The translations under genes were made by a program, and so were the position numbers. Under the pieces are notes generated by a model. It made no database searches and had not been told where the DNA came from. It worked only from the letters and a program-made list of their open reading frames with translations. A DNA stretch of 62,476 bases, the filler included, from Candidatus Omnitrophota bacterium (lineage in GTDB: Bacteria > Omnitrophota > Gorgyraeia > Zapsychrales > Zapsychraceae): assembly GCA_015233495.1 (NCBI GenBank). It is 3 parts of 3 records of this genome, joined end to end, with 100 filler letters (N's around TTAATTAATTAA, not from the genome) between each part and the next. Parts side by side here need not be neighbours in the genome. Positions count along the whole stretch, not along the records: positions 1 to 21,151 come from JADFXQ010000031.1; 2 more parts are not named here. One strand, given 5' to 3'. Below, piece after piece: positions 1 through 11,239 of the stretch. Position 1 is the stretch's first letter. Each line of letters begins with the position of its first letter.

Positions 1-463
1 ATTTTACAGCCTTTTTGAACTGACTGGCGTGCGGCATCGTTTTAGCGGGGAAAGTCCCGAATTTTTTCAGGATCTGATTCGTGATCTTTCATCTGCCGGT
101 ATGGCGCGGATTTATTTGAGTCGTTATCGCGGGGTCGTCACCTCCGCGGCGATTGTGATTTTTTATGGACAAACGGCAACGTATCTTTACGGAGGATCAT
201 TGCCTTTTTTCCCGCAAGCGATGTCGAGCTATGATCTGCACTGGACTGCCATGCGTGATGCCCGGGCCGCGGGATGCCGTTCCTATGATTTTTACGGGAT
301 TGCGCCCGACAATCAGCCATTTCACCCGTACGCGAAATTCACCGAGTTCAAAAAAAAATTCGGCGGACGGCCGGTTAACCATGCCGGAGCGCAGGACATC
401 ATATTTTACGAACAATTCGCGGATCTCTGGTTGAAGCAGATGGAAAAGGTCGCCATCAATTAA
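1..463 (+). CDS. FemAB/FemX-family peptidoglycan bridge aminoacyltransferase (GNAT-like), 5'-truncated by window edge
   Basis: Frame is open from base 2 (FYSLFELTGVRHRF). Contains ATYLYGGS, YDLHWTAM, YDFYGI and FKKKFGG, typical of the FemAB C-terminus. Confidence 0.8.
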   Translation, partial: FYSLFELTGVRHRFSGESPEFFQDLIRDLSSAGMARIYLSRYRGVVTSAAIVIFYGQTATYLYGGSLPFFPQAMSSYDLHWTAMRDARAAGCRSYDFYGIAPDNQPFHPYAKFTEFKKKFGGRPVNHAGAQDIIFYEQFADLWLKQMEKVAIN

Positions 464-546
464 AAAAAATAAATTGTGCGAGCGCAAAGAATGCGGACGC
501 CGTTTATTTTAGATCCGACANNNNNNNNNNCTGGAGATATTTCTTT

Positions 547-1635
547 ATGAATAAATTTATGCTTGCGGCATTTTTTTTAATTGGTTTGTTGGTCAGCGGG
601 TGCATTCAGTCCAAGGAATCGTTGCGGTTGAAGGAGGATGGGTCCGGCACGGTGAGTGTGGCGCTGGATGTTCCGGCTTCGACGGTGGTGATGATGGATC
701 AGATGATGGGCGCGATGGCGCCGAAAGCCGCGGATCGTCAGGCCGGGGCAAAATCGGTGGCGCAGCAAATTTTCGGCAATCAAGAAGAGATCCTGAAAAA
801 AGCGGCGGCGGCCGGCGCGAAAATTGAATTTTTGCGTTTTGATAAACAAACGACCCCGGAGGGAGGGATCAGCGTCCGTTATGAGTTGACGTTTGACCGG
901 ATCGACCGTTTAGAGAACGCGGGCGTGTTTTTAACGAGTTTTGAAGTGAGCCACGCGGCCGATGGTTCGTGGGTTCTGCGGCTAAAGGAAGATGAAGCCA
1001 AGAAACGGATTTCGCCCGAACAGATTAAGGAATTGGAAACCCAGCAACAATCGCCGACGGTTTCCGGGCAGGACGCGGCCATGCAACAGACCGTATTCGG
1101 GATGTTGAAGGGATTGGACGTTGAATTTTCTGCGGCCATGCCTTTGCCGCTTAAGGAAGCGACCGGGTTTTTTGTGAAGGCGAGCGATCAGGAAGGCAGG
1201 GCCAGATTTACGGGAGAATTGTTTCAAGACGCCCAGGCTGTGAAAAAATTGTATGAGAATGAAACGCCGTCGCGGTTAGTCTGGGGGAAAGAACCGGCGG
1301 AAGCGGCTCAAACGGCCGAGCCCGCGCCGGCCCAGCCCGCCGGGGAACCGGCAACGGCCGCGAAGCCCATGGTCGATGCGTCTGAAGCCCAACCATCCGA
1401 ATCCCCATCGCCCGCCATAACCGGTGCGACCGGTCTCACCGCGGTCACCGAACCATCACTCAACACCATGCCATCTGTCGCCGGGACACAAGCTCCCGCC
1501 TTATCCCGTTTGCATCTGAAGAATGGCGACATTGTTGAAGGAAAAATTCTCGAACGCGGCGTTGACTTTATCCGGATGAATGTCCTGGGCGTAGAAATGA
1601 CATATTACAACGACGAAATCGAGCGGGTGGAGTAG
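547..1635 (+). CDS. Putative lipoprotein with Pro/Ala-rich linker and small C-terminal beta domain
   Basis: Signal peptide with lipobox LVSGC. Has an LKEDGSGTV motif, an A/P/E-rich linker and a C-terminal LHLKNGDIVEGKI domain. Confidence 0.6.
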   Translation: MNKFMLAAFFLIGLLVSGCIQSKESLRLKEDGSGTVSVALDVPASTVVMMDQMMGAMAPKAADRQAGAKSVAQQIFGNQEEILKKAAAAGAKIEFLRFDKQTTPEGGISVRYELTFDRIDRLENAGVFLTSFEVSHAADGSWVLRLKEDEAKKRISPEQIKELETQQQSPTVSGQDAAMQQTVFGMLKGLDVEFSAAMPLPLKEATGFFVKASDQEGRARFTGELFQDAQAVKKLYENETPSRLVWGKEPAEAAQTAEPAPAQPAGEPATAAKPMVDASEAQPSESPSPAITGATGLTAVTEPSLNTMPSVAGTQAPALSRLHLKNGDIVEGKILERGVDFIRMNVLGVEMTYYNDEIERVE

Positions 1636-1731
1636 GGGCGCCCCCATACGTGTCAAGTTAAGCGGATGTAAAATATCCGTAAATATATAAAATTTCGAAT
1701 GTTATGCTAAATGTTGTAGGGGCGCCCCTAC
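1632..1731. repeat. Two GTAG-type REP-like palindromes
   Basis: GTAGGGGCGCCCCCATAC at 1632 and perfect GTAGGGGCGCCCCTAC at 1716-1731, between convergent genes. Confidence 0.7.
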
Positions 1732-1747
1732 GGGCGTCCGGACAACG

Positions 1748-4700
1748 TTATAATAATGTGGCGAGATTTTTGGTCACTTCGGCCGGGTCTTTGCCTTGCC
1801 GCTGGGCGTAATCTTGGGCTTGGTCCGGTCCGATTTTTTCTACGGTGAAATATTGGCTTTGCGGATGGGCGAAATAAAAGCCGGAGACTGACGCTGCCGG
1901 CCACATGGCGTAGTTTTCCGTGAGTTTGATGCCCGCGGATTTTTCGGCGTTTAATATTTCGAAGATGTCCGCTTTGAGACTGTGGTCGGGGCAGGCCGGA
2001 TAGCCGGGCGCAGGGCGGATGCCGGTGTATTTGTTGTGAAAGAGTTCCGGCGGCGTTAATTTTTCTTGCGGGGCATAACCCCAGATTTCGCGCCGGACTT
2101 TTTCATGCAGATATTCCGCCAGGGCCTCGGCGAGCCGGTCGGCGATTGTCTCGGTCAGCAGGGCCTGAAAATCATTGCCGTCTTTTTTGAATCGGGTTTT
2201 TAATTCCTCGGCGTTGATTCCCGCGGTCAGGGCGAACATTCCCAGATAATCTTTGATTCCGGTGTTTTTCGGCGCGATGAAATCGGCGAGCGCGAAATAG
2301 GGGCTGTCGCTCATATGCCGGATTTGCTGGCGCAAGGTAGAGATCGTCCGAATGATTTTGGCGCGTTTCTCGTCCGCGTAGATTTCAATGTCGTCACCGA
2401 CGCTGTTTGCCGGGAATAAACCGATGACCGCGTTGGCCGTTAAGAGACGCTGTTCCATGATCGCGTTTAAAGCGTCTTGCCCATCCTTAAATAATTTTCT
2501 CGCCTCAACGCCCATTTGGGGATGGTTCAAAATCTCCGGATATTTATGCCGCAGTTCCCAGGCAATGAAGAAGAACGTCCAGTCGATATAGTCCCGTAAA
2601 AGTTTTAAGTCGATATCATGGAAAATTTGGATGCCGGATTTTTGGGGTTTGAAAGGCGGCAGGTTTTTCCAGTTGATCAGGAATTTTTTCTGCCGCGCTT
2701 CGGTGAGCGGCGCAAAAATCCGGCTGGCATTGAGTTTTTCATGTTGGTCGCGCAATTGAGCGTATTCGGTTTTGATCCGGCCGGCCAAGGCGCATTGGTT
2801 TTCCGGATTGACGAGACTGCGGGACACATTCACAGAGCGCGAGGCGTCCTTGACGTGAATGGTCAGGCCGCGGTAATGCGGCGCGATTTTGACCGCCGTA
2901 TGCGTGGGCGAGGTGGTGGCGCCGCCGACCATTAAAGGTATTTTTAGGCCTTCGCGTTCGAGTTCTTTGGCAATGTGTTCCATTTCGCCCAAGGACGGAG
3001 TAATCAAACCGCTAAGGCCGATGATGTTGGCTTTTTGCTCGATCGCGGTCCGGATGATTTTTTCGCACGGCACCATGACGCCCAGGTCAATGATCTCGAA
3101 ATTATTGCAGGCCAAAATCACGCCGACAATGTTTTTGCCGATGTCGTGCACATCGCCTTTGACTGTGGCGAGGATGATTCTGCCGAGAGTATTGGACGAG
3201 GAGGATTGTTTTCGCGCTTCAATATAAGGCATCAAATAGGAGACGGCTTTTTTCATGACCCGGGCGCTCTTGACGACCTGGGGCAGAAACATCTTGCCGG
3301 AGCCGAAGAGGTCTCCGACGACATTCATCCCGTCCATCAGCGGGCCTTCGATGACTTTCACCGGATCGCCGATTTTTTTATGGGCCTGAAGCACGTCGGT
3401 TTCAATAAAGTCCGTCAAACCTTTGATCAAGCTGTGCGTCAAACGTTTTTCCACCGGATCAGCGCGCCAGGCCAGGTCTTCGGCGGTTTTTTTCCCTTCT
3501 CCGGAAATCGTTTGGCTCAAGGCAATCAGTTTTTCGGTAGCATCGGGTTGGCGGTTTAAAATGACATCTTCGACGAGTTCTTTGAGCTCCGGTTCGATTT
3601 CATCATAGACCGTGATCATGCCGGCATTGACAATGCCCATGTCCATGCCGGCGTGGATCGCGTGATATAAAAATACGGAATGCATGGCTTCGCGCACCGC
3701 GTTGTTGCCGCGGAAGGAAAATGATACGTTGCTGACTCCGCCGCTGATGAGGCAGAGGGGGAGGGTTTGTTTAATGGTTTCCGCGGCGCGGATATAATCC
3801 AAGCTATAATTGTTATGTTCTTCCATGCCGGTCGCGACCGAGAAAATATTGGGGTCGAAAATAATATCCTGCGGCGGGAACCCGATTTGATCGACCAGGA
3901 TGCGATAGGCGCGGGTACAGATCGCAACCTTGCGTTCATAGGTGTCGGCCTGGCCCTGCTCGTCAAACGCCATGACAACTACGGCGGCTCCATAGCGGCG
4001 AATCGCTTGGGCATGTTCGCGGAAAATCGCTTCCCCTTCCTTAAGACTGATGGAATTGACAATGCCTTTGCCTTGTAAACATTTCAGTCCGGCTTCGAGC
4101 GTTTTCCAGTCGGAGGAATCGATCATGACCGGGACCTTGCTGATCTCCGGTTCGCTCGCGATATGATTTAAAAATGCGGTCATCGCTTCGACGCTGTTGA
4201 TCATGGCTTCGTCCATATTGACGTCAATGATTTGCGCGCCGGCCTCGACCTGCTGGCGGGCCACGGACAAGGCGTTTTCATAATCGCCGGCCTTGATCAG
4301 GTCCGCGAATTTTTTGGAACCCGCGACGTTGGTGCGCTCGCCGATATTGATGAAATTGGTTTCCGGTTTTTTGATGAGCGGCTCTAATCCGCTCAACATG
4401 GACAACGCGGGCCGGGGCTCAACGCGCCGGGGAGCCTGGCCATTCATGGCTTGGGCGATCGCCCGGATATGGTCCGGGGTACTGCCGCAGCAGCCGCCGA
4501 CAATATTGACCAAGCCTTCGTTCGCCATATCTTTTACGAGCCGGGCCATTTCCTCCGGGGATTGATCATATTGGCCGAACGCATTCGGGAGGCCCGCGTT
4601 GGGATAAGCGCTGATAAAGCAGTCCGCAATATTGGAGAGCTCCGCGACGTAAGGCCGCATATCTTTGGCGCCCAATCCGCAATTGAGCCCGACGCACAGT

Positions 4701-5419
4701 GGTAGGGCGTGAGCCACGGAAATCCAAAAGGCTTCAATGGTCTGTCCGGAAAGAGTGCGGCCGCTTTTGTCCGACACAGTCACGGAAATCATAAGCGGCA
4801 AGCGCGTGCCGGTTTGATCAAAATATTTTTGCGCGGCGAAGATCGCGGCCTTGCAATTGAGGGTGTCAAACACCGTTTCGATGAGAAGCAGGTCTGCCCC
4901 GCCTTCGGCCAGACCGCGGATTTGCTCGCTGTAAGCCGCGACAAGACTGTCAAAATTCACAGCGCGGAATCCCGGATCATTGACATTGGGCGACATGGAA
5001 GCTGTGCGGTTGGTCGGCCCGATGGCGCCGGCTACAAACCGCGGTTTACCGGGATTTTGCCGGGAGAATTCGTCTGCGACTTGTTTGGCCAACCGGGCGG
5101 AAGTGAGGTTCAATTCATACACCAGCCCTTCCATATGATAATCTGCCAGGCTGACTGCGTTGGCGTTAAATGTATTGGTCTCAATGATATCCGCGCCGGC
5201 TAAAAGATATTCCCGATGAATGGCACGGATCACGTCGGGCCGGGTGATCGACAAGAGATCATTATTCCCTTTAAGGTCGCCGGCATGATTTTTAAACCGT
5301 TCGCCGCGGAAATCATTTTCCGTCAAGTGATAGCGCTGGATCATGGTCCCCATAGCGCCGTCAATGATGAGGATGCGTTGGTTTAATAAATCATGGAGAA
5401 TGGTTTCGTTGTTTTTCAT
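1748..5419 (-). CDS. metH: Cobalamin-dependent methionine synthase
   Basis: [14 protein letters not shown] (Hcy/Zn domain), pterin domain IGERTNV, B12 motif [10 protein letters not shown], activation domain [15 protein letters not shown] at 5419 chosen as start. Confidence 0.97.
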   Translation of the reverse strand: MKNNETILHDLLNQRILIIDGAMGTMIQRYHLTENDFRGERFKNHAGDLKGNNDLLSITRPDVIRAIHREYLLAGADIIETNTFNANAVSLADYHMEGLVYELNLTSARLAKQVADEFSRQNPGKPRFVAGAIGPTNRTASMSPNVNDPGFRAVNFDSLVAAYSEQIRGLAEGGADLLLIETVFDTLNCKAAIFAAQKYFDQTGTRLPLMISVTVSDKSGRTLSGQTIEAFWISVAHALPLCVGLNCGLGAKDMRPYVAELSNIADCFISAYPNAGLPNAFGQYDQSPEEMARLVKDMANEGLVNIVGGCCGSTPDHIRAIAQAMNGQAPRRVEPRPALSMLSGLEPLIKKPETNFINIGERTNVAGSKKFADLIKAGDYENALSVARQQVEAGAQIIDVNMDEAMINSVEAMTAFLNHIASEPEISKVPVMIDSSDWKTLEAGLKCLQGKGIVNSISLKEGEAIFREHAQAIRRYGAAVVVMAFDEQGQADTYERKVAICTRAYRILVDQIGFPPQDIIFDPNIFSVATGMEEHNNYSLDYIRAAETIKQTLPLCLISGGVSNVSFSFRGNNAVREAMHSVFLYHAIHAGMDMGIVNAGMITVYDEIEPELKELVEDVILNRQPDATEKLIALSQTISGEGKKTAEDLAWRADPVEKRLTHSLIKGLTDFIETDVLQAHKKIGDPVKVIEGPLMDGMNVVGDLFGSGKMFLPQVVKSARVMKKAVSYLMPYIEARKQSSSSNTLGRIILATVKGDVHDIGKNIVGVILACNNFEIIDLGVMVPCEKIIRTAIEQKANIIGLSGLITPSLGEMEHIAKELEREGLKIPLMVGGATTSPTHTAVKIAPHYRGLTIHVKDASRSVNVSRSLVNPENQCALAGRIKTEYAQLRDQHEKLNASRIFAPLTEARQKKFLINWKNLPPFKPQKSGIQIFHDIDLKLLRDYIDWTFFFIAWELRHKYPEILNHPQMGVEARKLFKDGQDALNAIMEQRLLTANAVIGLFPANSVGDDIEIYADEKRAKIIRTISTLRQQIRHMSDSPYFALADFIAPKNTGIKDYLGMFALTAGINAEELKTRFKKDGNDFQALLTETIADRLAEALAEYLHEKVRREIWGYAPQEKLTPPELFHNKYTGIRPAPGYPACPDHSLKADIFEILNAEKSAGIKLTENYAMWPAASVSGFYFAHPQSQYFTVEKIGPDQAQDYAQRQGKDPAEVTKNLATLL

Positions 5420-5423
5420 GGAA

Positions 5424-6533
5424 TTATACAAGTTCTTTGAGCAAGGTTAACGCGGGCGCGACGCGGATTTGTTCAGCGGTTTCATAATCTTTCTTTCCCG
5501 TGGCATGAATTTGCCAAGCGGCCGCGCCGGGGAATTTATTTTTTAAATAACGCATGGCCTTGCCGATTTCGGCATCCGCCCACTTGCACTCGACCAGAGT
5601 GATCGGCAGGTTGTTTTCCGTCACTACAAAATCGACTTCCCTGCCGTCGATATCCCGAAAATAACACAGTTCAACATCGCGTCCCTTGGTGTCTTGTTCA
5701 TAATGGACCCATTTCAAAAGATGCACGGCCACTAAATTCTCGAAGCGCAGGGCCATATCCGGCACGAGCGTCCAATCGAAATGATAATGTTTTTGCTCTT
5801 TTTTCACAGCGCGGATTTTCGCGGATCCAAACGGACTTAACCGGAAAATCGCGTAAAGGCGTTCGAGAATCATGACCCAGTTGGCTAATGTTTTGTGGCT
5901 GACTTGAAGGTCTTCCCGCAGACTGTTCAGCGATAAGGGACTGCCGACCAATTCCGGCAGACGCAGCATCAAGAGTTCGAGATTGCCCAAGTCCTGCACC
6001 CGTTCGAGGGAAGCGACATCATCGCGCAAAAGCCGCGTGCGATATTCCCGGGACCAGCGTTTCGCTTCCACGCGAGACCCGCCGAGAAACGGTTCCGGGA
6101 ACCCGCCTAATTCCAGTAAATCTGTGAGCCCTTTTTCTGTCGTCATGGAAAGCTCGGCAACCGACAGAGGATGCAGGCGCAAAAAATGATAACGGCCTTG
6201 CAAAGAATCGCCGCCGAAACGGTAGAGATCCAGACGGCCGCTCCCGGTCACGAGAATTTGCCGGTCTTTGCGGTAGAGATCATACAGGCCTTTTAAATAA
6301 TTGCGCCAGGAACGGTATTTGTGAATTTCATCGAAGACCAACATGGGCACGGCCGGCAATTCTTGCTTGAGGATACGTTCCCGATGTTCTTGGATGTCCC
6401 AGTTGAGATAGCCTTTTTTATCGTCGAGCAGACTGAGGGCCAGGGTGGTTTTTCCGACTTGGCGGGGGCCGCCCAAAAAAACCATCTTGTGTTTCAGGTC
6501 GTGTTCGATTTGTTGAAAGAGATATCGTTCCAT
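5424..6533 (-). CDS. AAA_14/DUF4143 ATP-binding protein
   Basis: Walker [10 protein letters not shown], Walker B LVFDEIH, VTGSG, GGFPE and C-terminal REVDFVV..VECK nuclease-like motif. Confidence 0.9.
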   Translation of the reverse strand: MERYLFQQIEHDLKHKMVFLGGPRQVGKTTLALSLLDDKKGYLNWDIQEHRERILKQELPAVPMLVFDEIHKYRSWRNYLKGLYDLYRKDRQILVTGSGRLDLYRFGGDSLQGRYHFLRLHPLSVAELSMTTEKGLTDLLELGGFPEPFLGGSRVEAKRWSREYRTRLLRDDVASLERVQDLGNLELLMLRLPELVGSPLSLNSLREDLQVSHKTLANWVMILERLYAIFRLSPFGSAKIRAVKKEQKHYHFDWTLVPDMALRFENLVAVHLLKWVHYEQDTKGRDVELCYFRDIDGREVDFVVTENNLPITLVECKWADAEIGKAMRYLKNKFPGAAAWQIHATGKKDYETAEQIRVAPALTLLKELV

Positions 6534-6713
6534 CAAAGCCATGATACACGATTTTTTGATAGCTGTCAAATTTACTCGCGAGTATTTTTGACCGCGGTAG
6601 AAAATGCAAGAATCAATATTTCCGTTGCCCAATATTTCTGCCGACTAAAATGCAGTGAACTGCCGAAAAGTCGTGTAAAAAATGCAGTATGGTACAATAA
6701 TTCGCGCCTGTCA

Positions 6714-7151
6714 CTAATTATTCACGATTTGCCCTTTGTAGGGCAGGCGGAATAATTTGACGCTTTCTTGCAGTGAGTCGAGTTCGGGATCTTTATGGAC
6801 TAAGGTTGCTTTTTTTTCGATCGCGGTTGCGGCAACGAAAGCGTCGGCCAAGGAAATTTTATGCCCGGCTTTTAGTCGTCCGGCTGACAAAGCGATTCGT
6901 TCGTTGGAGTGGATGATCTCAACCGGGAGGGCTGAAAGATGGACGACGATTTCCCGGGCGGCTGCGGTATTCTGCCGTTGGATGGTCACATAATAGACTT
7001 CGGTTAATGTGACAAAGGAGAGATAAATTTTGCATTTATTTTTTTGAGCCGCAGACAGAATTTCCTGCACGGTATGACTTCCAGCTTCACCGATCAGATA
7101 AGTGATCACGGCAGACGTGTCCAAGACAAAATGGTCGCTTTGATCAGGCAC
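6714..7151 (-). CDS. vapC: PIN-domain (VapC-like) toxin
   Basis: VLDTSAV, TLTEVYY, SLADAFVAATA, LVHKDPE; overlaps the upstream antitoxin gene. Confidence 0.88.
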   Translation of the reverse strand: MPDQSDHFVLDTSAVITYLIGEAGSHTVQEILSAAQKNKCKIYLSFVTLTEVYYVTIQRQNTAAAREIVVHLSALPVEIIHSNERIALSAGRLKAGHKISLADAFVAATAIEKKATLVHKDPELDSLQESVKLFRLPYKGQIVNN

Positions 7152-7371
7152 GGGCGCGTTCCTCCCGCCGCATTTTGATCAGGGGCCCCATGAGATCAAC
7201 GCCTTTAAACTTTCCATGCAGGGTTTTGATCGGGTTATTCGGCACAGGAACAACGCTGATTCCGTTGCCGTCGTCAACCCATTCAATGAGGGTATGCGCC
7301 GTCAGGTTGTAGCGTTTGCGGATCGCTGCGGGTATCGCCGTCTGTCCTCTTAGGGAAATCGTGCTGGTCAT
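7144..7371 (-). CDS. AbrB/MazE-like antitoxin
   Basis: STISLRGQTAIPAAIRKRYNL AbrB signature; GGAGG RBS upstream of the ATG at 7371. Confidence 0.85.
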   Translation of the reverse strand: MTSTISLRGQTAIPAAIRKRYNLTAHTLIEWVDDGNGISVVPVPNNPIKTLHGKFKGVDLMGPLIKMRREERARA

Positions 7372-7466
7372 GTTTTTAGCCTCCATGGAAAGTATACATA
7401 CAAAATAAACGAAATACAAATTTTTTTTAACAATCAGCGTGTAGTTAGATAGTGATTGCTTTTTTT

Positions 7467-7504
7467 GTAGGGGCGCCCCCTGCCGCGGCAGGGGGCGCCC
7501 CTAC
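7467..7504. repeat. Perfect 38-bp GTAG REP palindrome
   Basis: GTAGGGGCGCCCCCTGCCG followed directly by its reverse complement. Confidence 0.85.
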
Positions 7505-7558
7505 GCACCCATCGTGTAACAGCGCAAGACGCGGCCACAAACTCGGGGCACGTCGCAT

Positions 7559-8093
7559 ATGGCGCATTCGGGGGAATTGATTATCAAACTGTCCGAGTCG
7601 GGTCAGCCGGTTGAACGTTATTATCCTGTGGTCAAAATTGATAGCAAGCCCGAACGTACTTGGGCATTAATTGTTTATGTTTTAAACGGCGATTTGCAGG
7701 CTGTTATGGCTGGAAGAATATGATTTGATATCTGATGGGGACGGTATGTTAGAGATAGGGACTTGGAGCCAAGAGAGTCGGCCAATCATTAAGGTTGATA
7801 ATGGTGTGATTGCCGTAACAGTAGAAGGAAATACATTATTTTATGCCGTTCAACAAAGGGGACCGACCGGGGAAGCGACGATCCGCATTTATCAATTTAC
7901 CCACGGGGATGATTCGGCGAAGGAAGTCACCGAGGTTTCGGAAGCGATAGGGCAGGAACTTTGGTTTTCGGCCAGGATTGCGGCGTCATCTGCCATTGCA
8001 GCTGACAGCGGCGGGAATTGGGATCAAGCCAAAAGACCGGGCAGGCCGGGCAGGGCTTCGGCCATGGGCAGGAGCGTGATGTTATCTTCATAA
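7559..8093 (+). pseudogene. Frameshifted fragment of an unknown, possibly giant ASS-motif, protein
   Basis: ORF MAHSGELIIK...DLQ continues in another frame as LLWLEEYDLISDGDG...RIAASSAIA; the frameshift is near 7700. Confidence 0.35.
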
Positions 8094-9175
8094 TAGCTGC
8101 GGTCGCCGCCGTAGATCAGATAACATTTTGCTGTCGGGTAATCTTTTTGAAATGTTTTTAATCCGCGGAGGTGGGACTCATTGATTCGGGCGGTCCGTTT
8201 GATTTCAAAGGCCTTCAGTCCTTTTTCGCCATACGCGATAAAATCCACTTCCGTTTCCGCCGCGGTGCGCCAATAATAAATCCGATAATCGAATTTCAAA
8301 TAATCATTAACCGCCCGCAATTCCTGCAGGAACAAAGTTTCAAACGCGGCGCCTTCCATTTCTTCCGGCATATCCAACGGACCGGAAGGCCGCACCGTCC
8401 GGTACAAGCCCGTATCGAAAAAATAAAATTTGGGATGGCTCGCCATTTTTCGTTTGGCTTTTTTCATGAATACGGGGAGGCGGTTGGCGATCAGCAAATC
8501 TTCGAGGATGAAGAAATAATTTTCCACGACCTTGCGTTCCACCGAACATTCCCGTGCGACGGAGGATGTGTTCAAAACCGAGCCTTGCGAAAAACTCGCT
8601 GATTCCAAAAACCGGGAAAACGCGCTTAAGTTGCGCGTCAAGCCTTCCTGTTGGATTTCTTCGCGCAAATAAGTTTGCACATAACTTTCGAGATAGGCCT
8701 TGGGATCGTTTTCGGTATAAACACAAGGCAGTTGTCCGAATTTCAGTGAATGCGCCAGATCAAAATCTTTGCCTAATTCGACCGCGGTTAAGGGATGAAA
8801 AAAAGAGGTCAAGGCGCGGCCGGCCAGTAAATTCACGCCTTTCTGTCGAAGTTTGCGCGCGCTGGAACCGGTTAAAACAAAACGTAGTTTACGATGTTCG
8901 ATGAGGCGATGAACTTCATTGAGCAGTTGGGGAACGCGTTGAACTTCGTCAATAATGATCCAGTCGTCGAATCCGCGGGGGAGCATTTTCTCGAGACGCT
9001 GGGGATTGGCTAAAAGTTCCTGATATGTTTCCGCGGCCAATAGATCAATCAACAAAGCTTTGGGAAAAATCGTTTTGACCCAGGTTGTCTTACCTGTGCC
9101 GCGCGGGCCAAATAAGAAGAAACTTTTGCCTTTCGGGGGTTGGAGTAATCTGGAGTACATAACTCCATTTTGCAT
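8024..9175 (-). CDS. AAA_14/DUF4143 ATP-binding protein
   Basis: GPRGTGKTT, IIDEVQ, LTGSSAR, NLLAGRA, PKFYFFDTG, EVDFI..FEIK. Confidence 0.9.
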   Translation of the reverse strand: MQNGVMYSRLLQPPKGKSFFLFGPRGTGKTTWVKTIFPKALLIDLLAAETYQELLANPQRLEKMLPRGFDDWIIIDEVQRVPQLLNEVHRLIEHRKLRFVLTGSSARKLRQKGVNLLAGRALTSFFHPLTAVELGKDFDLAHSLKFGQLPCVYTENDPKAYLESYVQTYLREEIQQEGLTRNLSAFSRFLESASFSQGSVLNTSSVARECSVERKVVENYFFILEDLLIANRLPVFMKKAKRKMASHPKFYFFDTGLYRTVRPSGPLDMPEEMEGAAFETLFLQELRAVNDYLKFDYRIYYWRTAAETEVDFIAYGEKGLKAFEIKRTARINESHLRGLKTFQKDYPTAKCYLIYGGDRSYYEDNITLLPMAEALPGLPGLLA

Positions 9176-9316
9176 ACAAATTTGGAATTGTCAATTTTTT
9201 ACTTCTTTAAACGTAATTGCAAACATCAGTTGAATTAAGAGGATCGTGTTGCTAAAATGCCCGCCTGGGTGTGGTTGTTGGGGCGCCCCTTATGGATTGC
9301 TGAGGTGATGAAATAT

Positions 9317-9793
9317 ATGATTTCTCAAGATGAAAAATGGATGCGTCTGGCGATGGACCGGGCGCGCGACGGGATACGACGCGGGCAGACGCCGTTTGGG
9401 GCTTGTATTGTCCGGGGCGGGAAGTTCGTGAGTTGCGAGCATAATGTGGTTTGGCGCACGACGGACATTACCGCGCACGCGGAGATCCACGCGATCCGGG
9501 CGGCTTGCAAAACGCTTAAGACGATTGATTTGTCGGGGTGCGTGTTGTATTCGACGTGCGAGCCGTGTCCGATGTGTTTCGCGGCGATCCATTGGGCAAG
9601 GATTGATCAAGTAATTTATGGCTCCCGGATCGCGGACGCGCAGCAGGCCGGGTTTAATGAATTGACGGTGTCGAATCGCCAGATGAAACGGCTGGGGAAA
9701 AGTCCGGTGAAAATTGTTGGGGATTTTATGCGGGAAGAGGCGGCAGGGTTGTTTGCAAAGTGGATGGCGAAGCAGAGGCATAAGGTTTATTGA
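9317..9793 (+). CDS. Zn-dependent nucleoside/guanine deaminase (CDA superfamily)
   Basis: PFGACIV, TAHAEI and CEPCPMC motifs; GAGGTGA RBS. Confidence 0.88.
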   Translation: MISQDEKWMRLAMDRARDGIRRGQTPFGACIVRGGKFVSCEHNVVWRTTDITAHAEIHAIRAACKTLKTIDLSGCVLYSTCEPCPMCFAAIHWARIDQVIYGSRIADAQQAGFNELTVSNRQMKRLGKSPVKIVGDFMREEAAGLFAKWMAKQRHKVY

Positions 9794-9868
9794 GAGAACG
9801 GTTCATATATGTCCAATTTGGACAGCAATGAAACAGCTTAAAGGTTTAAAGTTCTAAAGGGGGTGGGG

Positions 9869-10294
9869 ATGCGAAATTATATTTTTTTGGTTGTTTTATT
9901 TTTGGGCGGTTGTGTTTCGGTTGCGACGGAGAGTCCGGTCACGCCGCCGGCAGTTACGGGCGCGGAGTTGCGCCAGCCTTTGACGCGGATCAGTGAGACG
10001 CGGTTGGGCATGAAGGAGGCAGAGGTGAAAGCGATCATCGGCGAGCAGTTGATCGTCGGATATAAAAAGAATCAAGGCGGCTTGGAGCCGATCACACTGC
10101 ATCAGCCGCACCGGGTGGAAACCGTCACGGTTTCCGGCGAGGAATATAAAGTTGATTATTACATTACGGCCGTTAAAAAGGCGGATGGCGTGATTTCCGA
10201 TGATGAATTGACGCCGTTGACGTTTAAATCTGGAGAATTGGTTTCTAAAGAACCGGATTTTGTGTTTCATCTGAAAAGCGGGCAGCTGCCTTAA
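9869..10294 (+). CDS. Lipoprotein, DUF3192-like
   Basis: Lipobox LGGC; LGMKEAEVKAIIG and DDELTPLTF motifs. Confidence 0.6.
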   Translation: MRNYIFLVVLFLGGCVSVATESPVTPPAVTGAELRQPLTRISETRLGMKEAEVKAIIGEQLIVGYKKNQGGLEPITLHQPHRVETVTVSGEEYKVDYYITAVKKADGVISDDELTPLTFKSGELVSKEPDFVFHLKSGQLP

Positions 10295-10303
10295 GGCGGG
10301 ATC

Positions 10304-11239
10304 ATGAATCATTCTTTGCGGCGGCTTTTATCGTGTTATGATCTGCCCCGCCCGGTGGACTGGACAGCAGTCTTTAAACGACAGGCGCCGTTGGTCGTAG
10401 AAATCGGTTTTGGCCTCGGCGAGATTTTGTGCCGTAACGCGTTGGCTAATCCCGGCAGCGATTATGTCGGGATAGAACTGCATTAGGAACGGATTTATAA
10501 GGCGCTGGGCCTGATCGAACGGACAGTCAAGACGGATAATATTCGGATAATGAAATTAGACGCCCGGCTGGCGTTTGACCGTTTTTTTGCCGAACGCGCG
10601 GTTACCGAAATTTATTCTTTGTTTCCCTGCCCCTGGCCTAAAAAAGCGCACATTAAAAATCGGCTTTTTACCGGCGGTTTTTTCCAACAACTTAACCATT
10701 GTTTGCGGGATGACGGCGGGTTACGCGTGGTGACCGATGATCGGCCGTATTTTAATTGGATAGTGGAACAATTGCCGGGTACGGGATTCGCGCTGAAAAC
10801 GGAAGAAATCAGGACGAGCTTTGATACGAAATTTGAAAAAAAATGGCGGCAGGCGGGACAGGACAAATTTTTTGAAATGCGTTTGCGGAAAGTCGAGCAT
10901 CAGAGTGTCCGGCCCAAAGAGGAGCGGCTTTTGAAAAACTACAGCGCGAAATATTTTTTTCCGGAAAAATTCCGGTTTATCGACACGGTTGGCGAGGTTT
11001 CAGTGTTGTTGAAAGAATTTTTATTCGACCCTATCCATAAAAAAGGGCTGGCTCGTTTTTTAGTCGTCGAGCCTGACCTGACCCAACAGTTCTGGGTGGC
11101 AATCACCGAGACGCGGGGCGCGTGGCAGGTTAGCCGGGCAGAGGGCCAGAATATCATCGCAACGCCGGGAGTGGAACAGGCGTTGGAAAAAGTATTTGCC
11201 GCAGTTATGGCTACGGAGACGGGGAGTGCCGCCGGATGA
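10304..11239 (+). pseudogene. trmB: tRNA (guanine-N7)-methyltransferase with in-frame TAG at 10484-10486
   Basis: VEIGFGLG, YVGIE, FPCPWPKKAH..RL, VVTDD and TKFEKKW lie in one frame interrupted by a single TAG. Confidence 0.85.

Noticed and set aside
10484..10486. Genome-wide stop-codon reassignment
   Set aside because: TAG, TGA and TAA all end intact conserved genes in the window; only trmB and the NYN relic have internal stops.
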